A stretch of 64,000 nucleotides of DNA from Candidatus Latescibacterota bacterium (GTDB lineage: Bacteria; Latescibacterota; UBA2968; UBA8231), in assembly GCA_965219385.1 (NCBI GenBank), contig CBDCNM010000002.1, positions 592,639-656,638 on the forward strand, written 5' to 3'. Numbering within the stretch: the stretch's first letter is position 1; the number at the start of each line of letters is the position of its first letter. The translations under genes were made by a program, and so were the position numbers. Under the pieces are notes generated by a model. The model worked only from the letters and a program-made list of their open reading frames with translations. It was not told the origin of the DNA and did no database searches. This document shows positions 20,395-30,800 of the stretch, one piece after another.

Positions 20395-21339
20395 TCAAGG
20401 TTGGGCCGGGTGTTTTTCGTCGTAGAGTTGGGCGATCTCGGCGCCCAGGATGAAGATGACGGCCGCGTAGTATATCCACAACGCCACAACCACCAACAAA
20501 AGATAGGCTCCGTACAGATATTGGATAGAGGCAGAATGGCTCAGGTAATAGCCGAACCCCTGTTTGGCCAGTTCCCACAGCAGGGCCGCCCATAAAGCAC
20601 CTATAGCCAGCCCTTTTGTCCGGGGCCTCTCGTCGGGCACCAGCCAGTACAGGGACAAGAACACCGCAAAGATCAGGGCGAAGGAGGCGATGCTGAGGTA
20701 GCCCATGTAAGAGTGCAGCGCCTTGTCGACAATGGCCTCCAGAATGGGCATGTTGTCGGCGACCGCCCCCATAATCGGCATCGAGATGACGGACAGCAAA
20801 AACAAGAACACCAACAAGAACACTAAAAGTAAATATTTCGCGGTGACCGCCACGACCTTCTTCAATGCCCTCACCACGGCGTACTTGCGCTCAGGCTTCT
20901 CGAAGGCTGCGCGAATCTTGTCCAAAGCAGACCTGCTCTTTTGCTCGCGCTCAGACGCCGAGAAGACCGCGTTGAGGATGGTCCTCATGCTCCTGAACAG
21001 GCTGCTGGTACTCACTAGCAGGATCAACAGGCCAGAGAGTCCATAAGCCTCCTTGAATACCACGACTTCGGGGATGCGCGCAAATAGGATTTCCTTCAAG
21101 TGCGCGGCGTGTATTTCATAGGGGAAAATTGCGTCCACCACCCCATTGACCAAGCGAGCCATGGAGCCCGCGTCCAGGGTCGCCCCTAGGGCGAAGAACA
21201 TCAAGAAAAGAGAGGGGATCGCGCCGAGGAAGGTGGCAAACGCCAAGCCAGCGGCAAACAGGAAGAGGTGGTTTTCGTTCATCCTGCGGTACAGGTTACC
21301 CAGATAGTGGCAGAGGGTTTTAATAGCACTCAGTGCCAT
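20395..21339 (-). CDS. YihY/BrkB-family membrane protein
   Basis: AAGLAFATFL, LWELAKQGFGYYL and LYGAY..LWIYYAAVIFILGAE motifs. Confidence 0.88.
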   Translation of the reverse strand: MALSAIKTLCHYLGNLYRRMNENHLFLFAAGLAFATFLGAIPSLFLMFFALGATLDAGSMARLVNGVVDAIFPYEIHAAHLKEILFARIPEVVVFKEAYGLSGLLILLVSTSSLFRSMRTILNAVFSASEREQKSRSALDKIRAAFEKPERKYAVVRALKKVVAVTAKYLLLVFLLVFLFLLSVISMPIMGAVADNMPILEAIVDKALHSYMGYLSIASFALIFAVFLSLYWLVPDERPRTKGLAIGALWAALLWELAKQGFGYYLSHSASIQYLYGAYLLLVVVALWIYYAAVIFILGAEIAQLYDEKHPAQP

Positions 21340-21740
21340 CGGCTTGGCCTAGGGGCGCGTCTGGCGGAAGGGCGCATGACGATATAGCAGGCCGGGAGGT
21401 CAATAGCCAAATCTTCCATGTAGTCGGCAATATCGCAGGCAAAGATAAAATCGGCCTTTTCCTCGGCAAAACCAAAATCGACCAACGCGCGGATTATTTC
21501 GGTGCCCAAGCCCTTGTTCCAATGCTGTTTTTCGCCAATGGACAGATCGATGCGGCGGCAGTCGAGGCCAGGGTGGGTCTCGATAATGCGGGACAGATTC
21601 ATGGTCTGCAACCAAGCCTCGGCTACGGGCTGGCCGTCGAGTTCGGCTAAAAAGCAGGCGGACCACGGCGCCGCTTTCGCGGCCTGGGTTACAAACGGCG
21701 CTGCCCTCCTTGCCGGGATCAGCCATCGGCAAAGGATCAC
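21330..21740 (-). pseudogene. GNAT acetyltransferase fragment
   Basis: RIDLSIGEKQHWNKGLGTEII acetyl-CoA motif; both ends look degenerate. Confidence 0.65.
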
Positions 21741-22372
21741 ACGGTCGCCGCTTCTGGAGAGCGGGCTTTCGCCACCCCAATCATACTGTCTCGGGTGACG
21801 AGATCAGCCAGTTCAGCTTCGGTCAATCCTTCAGTATCCTCCGGGCGCTGTGGAACGACGAGATAACGCATGTCGGCCGTGCTGTCATACACGCGAATCT
21901 GCACATCGTCGTCCAGTTCCAGACCAAATTCTGCCAAAATACTGCGCGGTTCAGCAACGACCCGGGAGCGATATGCCAAACTTTTGTACCAGGCAGGTGA
22001 AAGACCGAGGAGCGCGGTAGGATAGCAAGAGCACAGGGTGCACACCACTACGTTGTGCATTGTAGCGGTGTTTTCAACAGCGACCAGATGAGGCGCTTCC
22101 ACATCCATATCCAGCTCGGCAATCGCGGTCTTGGCATTTTCCAACAACCGCGCTTTAAAATCGGAATCAACCCACGCCCTCGCAACGACCTTCTGCCCCT
22201 TCGCTGGCGTATTTTGCATATCCAACCGCTCAACCGCTTCTCGAATCCTATCAGCCGCAAGCAGACCTTTCTCAATCAAGAGCGCCTGAATGGCCATGCC
22301 GCGCCTGGCCTGAGCACTGGGTTCAGGATGATCAGGCTGGTGGTCGCGATCGTCGTGATGATGTTCAGACAT
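21737..22372 (-). CDS. Co-type nitrile hydratase alpha / thiocyanate hydrolase gamma subunit
   Basis: Metal site VCTLCSCY; also KVVARAWVD, WYKSLAYRSR and VTRDSMIG. Confidence 0.93.
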   Translation of the reverse strand: MSEHHHDDRDHQPDHPEPSAQARRGMAIQALLIEKGLLAADRIREAVERLDMQNTPAKGQKVVARAWVDSDFKARLLENAKTAIAELDMDVEAPHLVAVENTATMHNVVVCTLCSCYPTALLGLSPAWYKSLAYRSRVVAEPRSILAEFGLELDDDVQIRVYDSTADMRYLVVPQRPEDTEGLTEAELADLVTRDSMIGVAKARSPEAATV

Positions 22373-22385
22373 GGTATTCTCCCAA

Positions 22386-22664
22386 TCATGCAGGTTCGAG
22401 CCAGTGTTCGTAAAGATCGAGTAAGACCTGATCTTTCGATGTCGAATCGTAGTGGTCCCAGATGTGCGTTTGGGCAAAGCTGACCAGATAAAGGGGCTGT
22501 TTGGGTTCTGCGCTACCCCCCTGATCGGGGTTGCCCAATCTACCGTGAAGCCTTTCAATCGTCCCAATTCTGCCCTGAACAAAAGCAGGTGTTCGATGGT
22601 GCCCCGCAGCCATGTTGGTGCGAACCACGACCCGGTCACCAGGCTTAAATTGCGCGGCCATCAC
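22386..22664 (-). CDS. SH3-like subunit (NHase beta C-terminal half / SCNase alpha-like)
   Basis: FKPGDRVVV, HHRTPAFVQGRIGTI and DLYEHWLEPA motifs. Confidence 0.85.
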   Translation of the reverse strand: MMAAQFKPGDRVVVRTNMAAGHHRTPAFVQGRIGTIERLHGRLGNPDQGGSAEPKQPLYLVSFAQTHIWDHYDSTSKDQVLLDLYEHWLEPA

Positions 22665-22951
22665 GCACCCTCCATTTCCCGAACTTTCGCGTCGATTTCT
22701 TCCCTGGTCAACACGCCAGCCTCAATGAGCTGAGTCTCCATAGAAGCGATCCAGCGTTCGTAGTAGCTAAACGCTTCGTAATCGTCGGGCGGAATGGCTT
22801 CAATAAATTCCCGACTACCTGTGATCAGTTTGAGCTCTCGCCCCAAAATGCCCATGAGCACATGCGCGTTCTTTTCCCATTGGGCCAGATCGCGTTCCGA
22901 CAGGTCGATCGGCCCGGCAGGCTTGCCGCCCACGTCGTGTGGTCGCTCCAT
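22661..22951 (-). CDS. NHase beta N-terminal half / SCNase beta-like subunit
   Basis: PHDVGG, WEK, YEAFSYYERW and LIEAGVLTREEI motifs. Confidence 0.85.
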   Translation of the reverse strand: MERPHDVGGKPAGPIDLSERDLAQWEKNAHVLMGILGRELKLITGSREFIEAIPPDDYEAFSYYERWIASMETQLIEAGVLTREEIDAKVREMEGA

Positions 22952-22979
22952 AACGAACTCCTTGCAAAAGGTGTGTGCC

Positions 22980-23009
22980 ATGATACAACGGACATACCCC
23001 TGTTGTCAA
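22980..23009 (-). promoter_or_regulatory. Sigma70-like promoter of the nitrile/thiocyanate hydrolase operon
   Basis: TTGACA-N18-TATCAT on the minus strand. Confidence 0.55.
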
Positions 23010-23394
23010 TTCACGACGAGCCCTTGCCTCTGGTGCATTTGTTGTAATGATTTGATACGTAACACACTTACACCTTTATTGAAGGTCGGTAATCTGCGAG
23101 AATCTCCGCGGCAAACAGGTGGAACCCCACTCTTAGATTAGACCAGATTTCTGGAAACAAGCTGACTTTGGCTTGACTTACTCGCCTTCAAGTGTATAAA
23201 ATGATGGACAGGACAATAGTAATGAAGGGACTGGATCGTGGAAAGCAAAGCGCATGTTGCGACACGTGATTCTGGTTGCCGGCTTATTGTTTGAGGCGTG
23301 GGGATCGTCCATGATCTCGATAGCCAGAGGCACAAGCCCCGCACGGCCGACCGCCGATTTCGTGAACTACTGAGTAGCTCTCCATGGAGAAATA

Positions 23395-26300
23395 TTGATG
23401 ACAGAATTCGTTTTTGAGCATTCCCGCCACTTTCCCCGCACCGACCTCGCCGCCGATACGGCCCTGGTAGTTCCGGATGGTCTCGAAGCGATTGAGCCTG
23501 TTGTCCGGCTACAGGGGATTATGGCTTCAGTGGCCGGGCGGGCGCCCGACATCATAGCGCAGAAGGATTTCGCCGAGACCCTCTTTGGCGATGTGCAGGT
23601 GATCGCCTGCGGCAATATGGTGAACAATGCCGCTCTGCGCCGGCTCTACACGGCTCGCTGCTGTTTTGTCGACACCTTTTTTCCCGGCGGGGACGGCTAT
23701 TTTGTCAAGTCGATTTCAGATCCCTTCGGTCATGGCAAAAATTGCATCACTCTGGGCGCCAGCAGCCGGGAAGGTCTGCTCGCGGCCTTTGCCGCGTTCG
23801 AGGACCAGGTCCGCAGCGGCGAACTGGACCGGGTGCACGCTGCCCGGTTCCAGCATCCGCTTCCCCCGTTTCCCGCTGAAGCGCAACTGGAGCGGATGGT
23901 TCAGGCCGACCTCGATACCTGGGAAGGCATCTGGGTCTCCACGCCTTTTCGGGGGGGGCAAGTGGAGAACTACGCCTGGTATTATTACCTGAGCGACCAC
24001 CCGGTGTGGGGGCGGGCCGTGCCGGCCATCTTCGCCGGTTCTTTGGAACCCTGGCTGGCCCAGCGGCGCGACCACCCGGAGACCTACCACTGCTTTTTTC
24101 ACTTCCACAGCCTCATCCACCTCTGGGATCTGATCGAGGACAGTCCGCTCTATACGGAGGCGGAAAGGCGCGGCGTGGTGACCATGATAGGCGAGATGTT
24201 GCGCCACCTGGCCGGACTGTTCTACCTGAAGGAAGAAGTCAATCCTCCCGGCCAGATTCGCCAGAACCACACCACCTACATCGCCATGGATCTGGCCGTG
24301 GGCCACGACTACTTGAGCAAGCGCTACGGCATCCGGGAATTCGAGCCCACCGAGGAGATGGCAGAGCGGATTTTTGCCGGCCAGGCCGACTGCTACAAGG
24401 CCAACGACGACGGCGGGGTGGGGTACGCCTGGCTCGTGCCCCAGGAGACGCTCTCTTACGCTTTGTTGAAAAAGAACGACTACAGCTACATCGAGGACGG
24501 CCACATCGCCGATCTGTGCACCCTGGCGGTGGTGACCACGGACAATATGCGCAGCGAGAGCAACCACGGGGATACCGCGGGCTATGCCCTTTTTTCTCCG
24601 TCCGAGGGATGGGAAGGCCGTTTGTGGGCGCCGATGGTCTCCACCTGGTATGCGCGCAACCCCGAGCATCTGTGGATCCTCAACTGGCTGGGAGCGGGCA
24701 AGAGGCCGACGCTGACGCACGTATTGCGGGGGCTTTATGCCGGCGTCGAATGGAGCGAAAATGGATTTGCGCTCACCGCTTGTGTCCCCGAGAAACCGGT
24801 CGGTCTCCTGGGAATACAAGCGGTGAAATTGCCGGCCGAAGCGCTGCGGTGGGTGCGCGCTTACGCCCCGGCTGATAACCGGCCCGATCCCCCAAAAGAC
24901 TACTTCGACAAGCTCTCTCTGCGGCGCGACTTCAATCCCGCGAGTGAGTACCTGTTGCTCGAAGGGAGCGGCACTTTTTGCCACGGGCACGAAGACAGCA
25001 ATACCATCGTCCGGCTGACCTGGAACGACCGGGCCTGGCTGGGGGACGGCGACTACATCCGGGCGGCGCCCAAATTCCACAATTCAATCGCCGTCATCCG
25101 CGACGGCGTGGGCGTGTTGGAGCCGCCGGGAGAGGGGTTGCTGATGCCGCTACTGGCCTCGTTGAACTACAGCAGCGAGAGTGCCGCCTTTGGTCTGGTG
25201 CAGACCGAGGCTTCCGGGTACAACGGGGGCGACTGGCGGCGCAATATCTTCTGGGCCAAAGGGCGCTATTTTGTGGTGATCGACCAGCTGCAGTGCACCG
25301 AGGCCGGGGACTACCGCTGCTACTGCTTGTGGCGTCTGGTGGGCAAAGCTGAACTCAAGGGCTCCAGGGTGAGTCTGCACCAGGAGGGCGAGCACTTCTA
25401 CATCCACAATGCCGATGGGGCAGCGCAGGAAATCGTCGCCGACTTGCACGAGAAAAGCCGCTGGAGGAGTTATCCACATGCGGGCGATGCGCTACACGTC
25501 CTGCACCAGCAAGCCGCCCGCACCATGCAGCCGGGGGAGAGCCTGGCCTATGTGAATCTGCTGACGCCGCATCCCGACATACGCCTGGAACGCCTGAATG
25601 AAATGGTGGTGAAGATAAGCGATGGGGCGGAGGCGACCATTCTGGGCGTGGGCCACACCCGTCTGGGCGAACTGGCGATCGAGGCCGAGATGTTCAGGAT
25701 CTCCCTAAAGGGAGACAGCCTGAGCCTGCAGGGCATTGAGCGGCTGGGCTTTGCCGATGGCGAGAACTGGAACTGGGAGGTGTTCGACGGAGCGCACGAG
25801 ACGCTCGAAGCAGGACAAAGCGAGATAGCCCAGCGCATTCGCGCCGCCCTGAATGCCGTCGCGCCCGAAGCGCCACCCTCTGCGCTGAAACCTTCCTCGC
25901 TCCGGCCGGAAGGCGGCTGGAACGCAAAGTGGAACCGGGAGCTGGGCCCGACCGAGATCCGCGATGTAGCTGTCCATGGCGCGGTTCTGCTCGCCGGCAC
26001 CGGGGCAGGGGAAGTCGTCCAGTTGGGGCTCGGGGACGGTGCGGCCAGGTGGACGCACCGGTTGGACGCGGACGGTGCGGCCAGCGCCCTGCTCCTGGCC
26101 GACATCGATGACGATGGCGTGGTGGAAGCGCTGGTGGGCACGGACGATGGGCAATTGGCCGTACTCGAAGGCGAAAGCGGCGGCCAGCGCTGGTGCAGGG
26201 CCTTGAAGAACTCGGGGTGGGGTTCCAGGATCTCCGGCCTTGCCGTGGCCAATCTGGAAGGCCGTGGCCGCACCAGCATCCTGGCCTCAACCGTGGGCTG

Positions 26301-26988
26301 GTACGTAAACGCCTTTGCCGCGGATGCCACCTTCGAGTGGGCAGAGTGGGTGCGCTATCATGCGATTACCGCGCTCGCAGCCGCGGATGCGGACGGCGAT
26401 GGCAGGGCCGAGGTGATGGTGGGGACCGAGTATTCCACCCCGCTGAACGTGCACAACAGCGATGGCTCCTTCCGCTGGACCACCTTTGAAGAGGTGGGGT
26501 CCGAGGGCAATGCCACCACGCCGAGGCGCGGCATCGGGCTCACCCACATGCAGCTGGTGGACCTGGATCGAGACGGTGTCCTGGAAATTGTCTACGGCAC
26601 CCAGGACGGCTGGATCTACGCGGTCGAGCCGCGGGATGGAGCCGAGGTCTGGCACGCCAATATCGTTGGTGAAGTCGTGGGGCTCATTGCCTTTCCCTCC
26701 GCTCTGGTCGCGGCCAGCGAATACGGCGAACTCTACTCCTTCAGCCATCGAGGCGATCTGCTCTGGCACATCCGGGTCGGCGAGTGGATACGGGCCATCG
26801 CCCAGGTAGAGGAATACATTGTTGCGGCCGTGGAGGAGGGGGGTCTGCGGGCCTGTGATGCGGAGGGCCGGTGCGTGGGCTCCATTGCGCTAGAAGCGGA
26901 GATCCGCGGTTTGTGGCCGTGCCGCGGCGGCGCGGTGTGCAGTCTGGCGGGGGGGCGGTTGAGTTGTGTGGAACTCGGCGTTTACTGA
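23395..26988 (+). CDS. Large hypothetical protein: heparinase II/III-like core plus C-terminal FG-GAP/PQQ beta-propeller
   Basis: HGHEDSNTI...KFHNSI...WRRNIFW..YFVVIDQL; repeated DIDDDG/DADGDG/DLDRDG loops. Confidence 0.7.
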   Translation: MMTEFVFEHSRHFPRTDLAADTALVVPDGLEAIEPVVRLQGIMASVAGRAPDIIAQKDFAETLFGDVQVIACGNMVNNAALRRLYTARCCFVDTFFPGGDGYFVKSISDPFGHGKNCITLGASSREGLLAAFAAFEDQVRSGELDRVHAARFQHPLPPFPAEAQLERMVQADLDTWEGIWVSTPFRGGQVENYAWYYYLSDHPVWGRAVPAIFAGSLEPWLAQRRDHPETYHCFFHFHSLIHLWDLIEDSPLYTEAERRGVVTMIGEMLRHLAGLFYLKEEVNPPGQIRQNHTTYIAMDLAVGHDYLSKRYGIREFEPTEEMAERIFAGQADCYKANDDGGVGYAWLVPQETLSYALLKKNDYSYIEDGHIADLCTLAVVTTDNMRSESNHGDTAGYALFSPSEGWEGRLWAPMVSTWYARNPEHLWILNWLGAGKRPTLTHVLRGLYAGVEWSENGFALTACVPEKPVGLLGIQAVKLPAEALRWVRAYAPADNRPDPPKDYFDKLSLRRDFNPASEYLLLEGSGTFCHGHEDSNTIVRLTWNDRAWLGDGDYIRAAPKFHNSIAVIRDGVGVLEPPGEGLLMPLLASLNYSSESAAFGLVQTEASGYNGGDWRRNIFWAKGRYFVVIDQLQCTEAGDYRCYCLWRLVGKAELKGSRVSLHQEGEHFYIHNADGAAQEIVADLHEKSRWRSYPHAGDALHVLHQQAARTMQPGESLAYVNLLTPHPDIRLERLNEMVVKISDGAEATILGVGHTRLGELAIEAEMFRISLKGDSLSLQGIERLGFADGENWNWEVFDGAHETLEAGQSEIAQRIRAALNAVAPEAPPSALKPSSLRPEGGWNAKWNRELGPTEIRDVAVHGAVLLAGTGAGEVVQLGLGDGAARWTHRLDADGAASALLLADIDDDGVVEALVGTDDGQLAVLEGESGGQRWCRALKNSGWGSRISGLAVANLEGRGRTSILASTVGWYVNAFAADATFEWAEWVRYHAITALAAADADGDGRAEVMVGTEYSTPLNVHNSDGSFRWTTFEEVGSEGNATTPRRGIGLTHMQLVDLDRDGVLEIVYGTQDGWIYAVEPRDGAEVWHANIVGEVVGLIAFPSALVAASEYGELYSFSHRGDLLWHIRVGEWIRAIAQVEEYIVAAVEEGGLRACDAEGRCVGSIALEAEIRGLWPCRGGAVCSLAGGRLSCVELGVY

Positions 26989-27045
26989 GCGGCATAGAGG
27001 GCAAATAGCCTGGCGCGGTCCATATACACTTTGACCTTGAGCCCC
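26936..27045. repeat. 110-bp direct repeat, left copy
   Basis: Identical to 38605-38714 (TGTGCAGTCTGGCGG...GACCTTGAGCCCC). Confidence 0.97.
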
Positions 27046-27352
27046 TGCACGATCTTGCTGATGGACTGGGTCGGCCGATAGGCCAAGAACATGTGCACAT
27101 GGTCGCGGCTGACCTTGCCCGTAATAATGTCCAGCTCATGCTCCAGGGCAATCTGGCGCAAGATATCCCGCGTACGGATCGCCACTTGACCAGTCAGCAC
27201 CCCTTTGCGGTATTTGGGAATCCAGATCAGATGGACTTTCAGGTCGGTTTTGGTATGAGCCCCTAAAGTATAACGTCGCATAGCAACAGAAAGATAATCT
27301 TTGCTTCGCCTGAAGGCGAGGGGTTTCCACCATCCCCGAGCGAGATACTAAA
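26982..27352 (-). mobile_element. tnpA: IS200/IS605 tnpA (Y1/HUH), 3'-truncated, with a subterminal hairpin
   Basis: HLIWIPKYRKGVL and DHVHMF (HUH) motifs; hairpin TTCGCC-TGAA-GGCGAG at about 27305-27320. The C-terminus is replaced by repeat-derived sequence. Confidence 0.88.
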
Positions 27353-27837
27353 CATTACATTTAATACTACTTTGTTAATTGGCGGATAACGTGCTCATTT
27401 GTCCACTATTTTTGCCTATTTTGGTCGCAATCTTTCGGCCAATACCGATCAGGATTTGTGCTGTAAGGTCCGAAGAAACAGCGCATTACCCCAAACAGAT
27501 CGCTTTCAAGCCTTTCGGTAATCTGCTGAAAAATAGGGACTTATGGGACCAGCACTCCTAATCAACAAAGTAATATTAAGACGGCTTCTTATATACCCTA
27601 GGAATCTCTGATTAAGTCTCCTGGCAAGTTCTTCCCTGAGAGGCTATATTATTACTGGACTTTTGCAAAAATCGGAAAATTTGTAGAAAATCATCGTTTC
27701 ACGAAAAGACAGCCCATTGAACCGCTTTGACCTATTTCATCTATAAGTAATTTAAAATCAACATATTGGGCATTGTGTAAAAATGCACTTTTGCAGGATG
27801 GACAGCCGATTAGATCAGACGAGAAAAATAGGTCTGT

Positions 27838-30800
27838 ATGAAAGTAACTCTCTTTAGCTGCGGGCCGGCCGTCAACGAGAGCGAGCGGAGGGCCTGCGAG
27901 CGGCTTAAAACAGGCTTAATTTCCAAATTGGGTGATGGTGAGTGGCTGCTGTTGACGAACCTCGCGTTTTCCACCACCCATCGTCGCCAATCAGACGAAA
28001 TCGACATTGTCGCCATTGGCCCGCCCGGAGTCCGGGTCATTGAAGTCAAGCACTGGACCGCGGCTTGGGTGAACCGGAATGACGAACTTGTGGAACGCGA
28101 GGCCGAGCGCATAATGGACAAGGCACGCAAGGTTGGTACCACATTGCGCCGGATCATCTCGGAACTCGGTCGGGTGGATGGGGTGTTCTTGGTCACGCAG
28201 GATGCCGCGAAAGTCAAGCCGCTTGAGGGACGGGAAGTCCGCGGAGTTCGGTTTCACACGTTGAGAACTTGGCAAGGTGCCTTGGCACTGGATGCGCCAG
28301 CGTCCCTATCGCCGTCGCAGGTCAAGATTCTGGGCAAGGCTCTGTACCCAAAGGCCAGTGTGGCTATGGGAGGTGCATTGAGACGCTTGGCTGACTATGT
28401 CAATCTGACGCTCCAAACCCCTGCGGACGAGCGGTCTCACCGAATTTACAAAGGTACACATTCCACACGTCGAGATCCCGTGCTCCTGCACCTCTATGAC
28501 GTGTCGGCGACCGAACAGCGGGATCCGGAGGCGAGGGCGCGGAGGGAATTTGACGCGCTCCACCGGCTGCAACTTCACGCTTGGGCACCGCGTATTGTCG
28601 ATTCATTCCAAGAATCACCGGGGTACGCTGGCGAGATGTGGTTCTTCACGGTCGCAGACCCGGCGGCCCCTAGCGTCGAGCAACGCGCCGCCGACGACAC
28701 TTGGGATGCGAAAGCGCGAATAGCCTTTGCTCGACAAGCAGTAGAAGCATTGACGGAGTTGCACGAAGCGGGTGAAGGCGAGGAACCCATGCTGCACCGG
28801 AACCTCACGCCGGGAACGATTCTCGTCAGACATGACAACACGCCGATCTTAACAGGTTTCCAGTACGCCCGGATTCCTGCGGACGTCACAGTGGCGGTCT
28901 CCGGCGGCGCAGAGGACGAGTGGGACGTTGCGGTGGCACCCGAGATTACGCAAGCAGGGCCTTGGGGCGGGGGATCGTCAATCCGATGTGTATTCGTTGT
29001 GCACCAGTCTGTCCGTGCTGTTCGCGAAACGAGACGATGACGAAAGTTTGGAGGCTAGCATGGCGCTGGCCGAGGGTAGCGCGGACGATCCGGCGGAGCG
29101 AACTACATTGGAAAAACTCCACGACTCGTTGTCGGCCCTGCTGGGCGAACCGCCGGCAGTCGTCGCGCCACCGGCCCAATTTTGGACCGAAGATCAGATT
29201 GTGAACTTTCGCGGCCGGGATTACCGAATCGTTTCGCGTCTCGGTTCCGGCGGGGTCGGAACCACGTTCAAGGTGGTGAGAATCGATGGCGCGACCGGCG
29301 GCGATCTCGGTGTCTACGTCGCCAAAGTGGTCAGCGACGAAGAAACGGGCCGGCGAGTCCTTCAGGCATACAATCTGGCGCATTCACACCTCAATCATTC
29401 GGCACTTTCAACTATCTTCGATACGGCGGAGAAGTGGCGCGACAACGACTTCGTTGCCTTGATGCACTGGATCGAAGGAGAACCCTTGATCGAACGCGCC
29501 GGTGTACTCCCGATTCTTGCCGAAGACTTCCACGAAGAATCGGGGGAGGCACTGGCGTTGCGTTGGCTGCGAACGGTTTGCGATGCGTTGGATGTTCTGC
29601 ATCGAAACGGCTTGGTCCATGGCGACGTCAGCCCGCGTAACATGATCGTTGCTGACGGCGAGATTGTTTTGACGGACTACGACTGCGTAGCCAAGGTGGG
29701 TGAGCCGGTCGCCGCTCCCGGCACCGTCATGTATAGCTCGAATTCGCATCTTGAAGACCGCCCGGCTGCGCCCGCGGATGACTTCTTCGCGTTAGCCGCC
29801 AGCTTTTTCCATGTGCTTTTTGAAAAAGAGCCGTTTATGTACGATGGTAGCCGAGCCAAGGAACGCGGCTTGAACTGGGAGGGCGTCGAGCGTGAGGAGT
29901 ACCCAACCGTCACCACATTTCTAGCGAAGGCGACGAATCCCGACCCCGATCAGCGATTTGCGTCTGCGGCTGAAGCAAAGGCTGCTTTGAGTCCACCTCG
30001 GCATACGGACACTGATGAACCTGTTGACGAGGGCGGCGGTGATGCCATAGAGCCGAGATCAGAACCTCTCGTTCGCAGCGAGAACGAGGTGCCTTGGCTG
30101 CAATCCTTGCTGCAATCTTACCCCGGCTCTCGCTGGGGAAACAGCGAAACGCGCGGCCTCGACACGGACTTTGCCGCGCAAACCTACGTTGAAACCCCTC
30201 TTGAAGACGCGCTGTATCACGATATTCTACGTCGAAAAGTCCGGCTCGTCATCCTGTGCGGCAACGCCGGCGACGGGAAAACCGCACTGCTTCAGCACCT
30301 TGCCAGAGGCCTTGGGTTTGGCGTCCACAATTCTTCAGAGCGCATTCTGGAGAATCAGATGGACGATGGCCTGATCGTCTGCATGAATCTCGATGGGTCG
30401 GCGTCGTGGCAGGGACGTTCCGCTGATGAGCTTTTGGATGAATTCTTGGAGCCGTTCCAAAAAGGTGAGCCCGCGGAGGACATTGTCCATCTTCTGGCGA
30501 TCAACGATGGGCGTCTCTTGGAGTGGATTGATAGAGTCGAAAGTGAAACGCCGTTGACACAGGCTCTCGACAGCTTGCTCAACGGCGAGGAATCCGCCCC
30601 CGAATCGCACATCCGCTTTATCAGCCTCAATCAACGGTCTCTTGTTGGAAGTGTTGTGCCAAGTGAATCGGACATTGAAACTGGCTTTCTTGAGAATTTG
30701 CTAGACAGTCTCTACGGCAGAGAAAAGGCTCGCCAGATTTGGGCACCTTGCGAGACGTGTTCGGCCCAAGACCGGTGTGAGGTCCGCCGCGCCATGCGGC

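Noticed and set aside
27353..27837. ORF 27379-27561 or a hidden methylase/regulator in the AT-rich island leader
   Set aside because: The frames checked are short or interrupted and show no recognisable motif; treated as promoter or decayed DNA.
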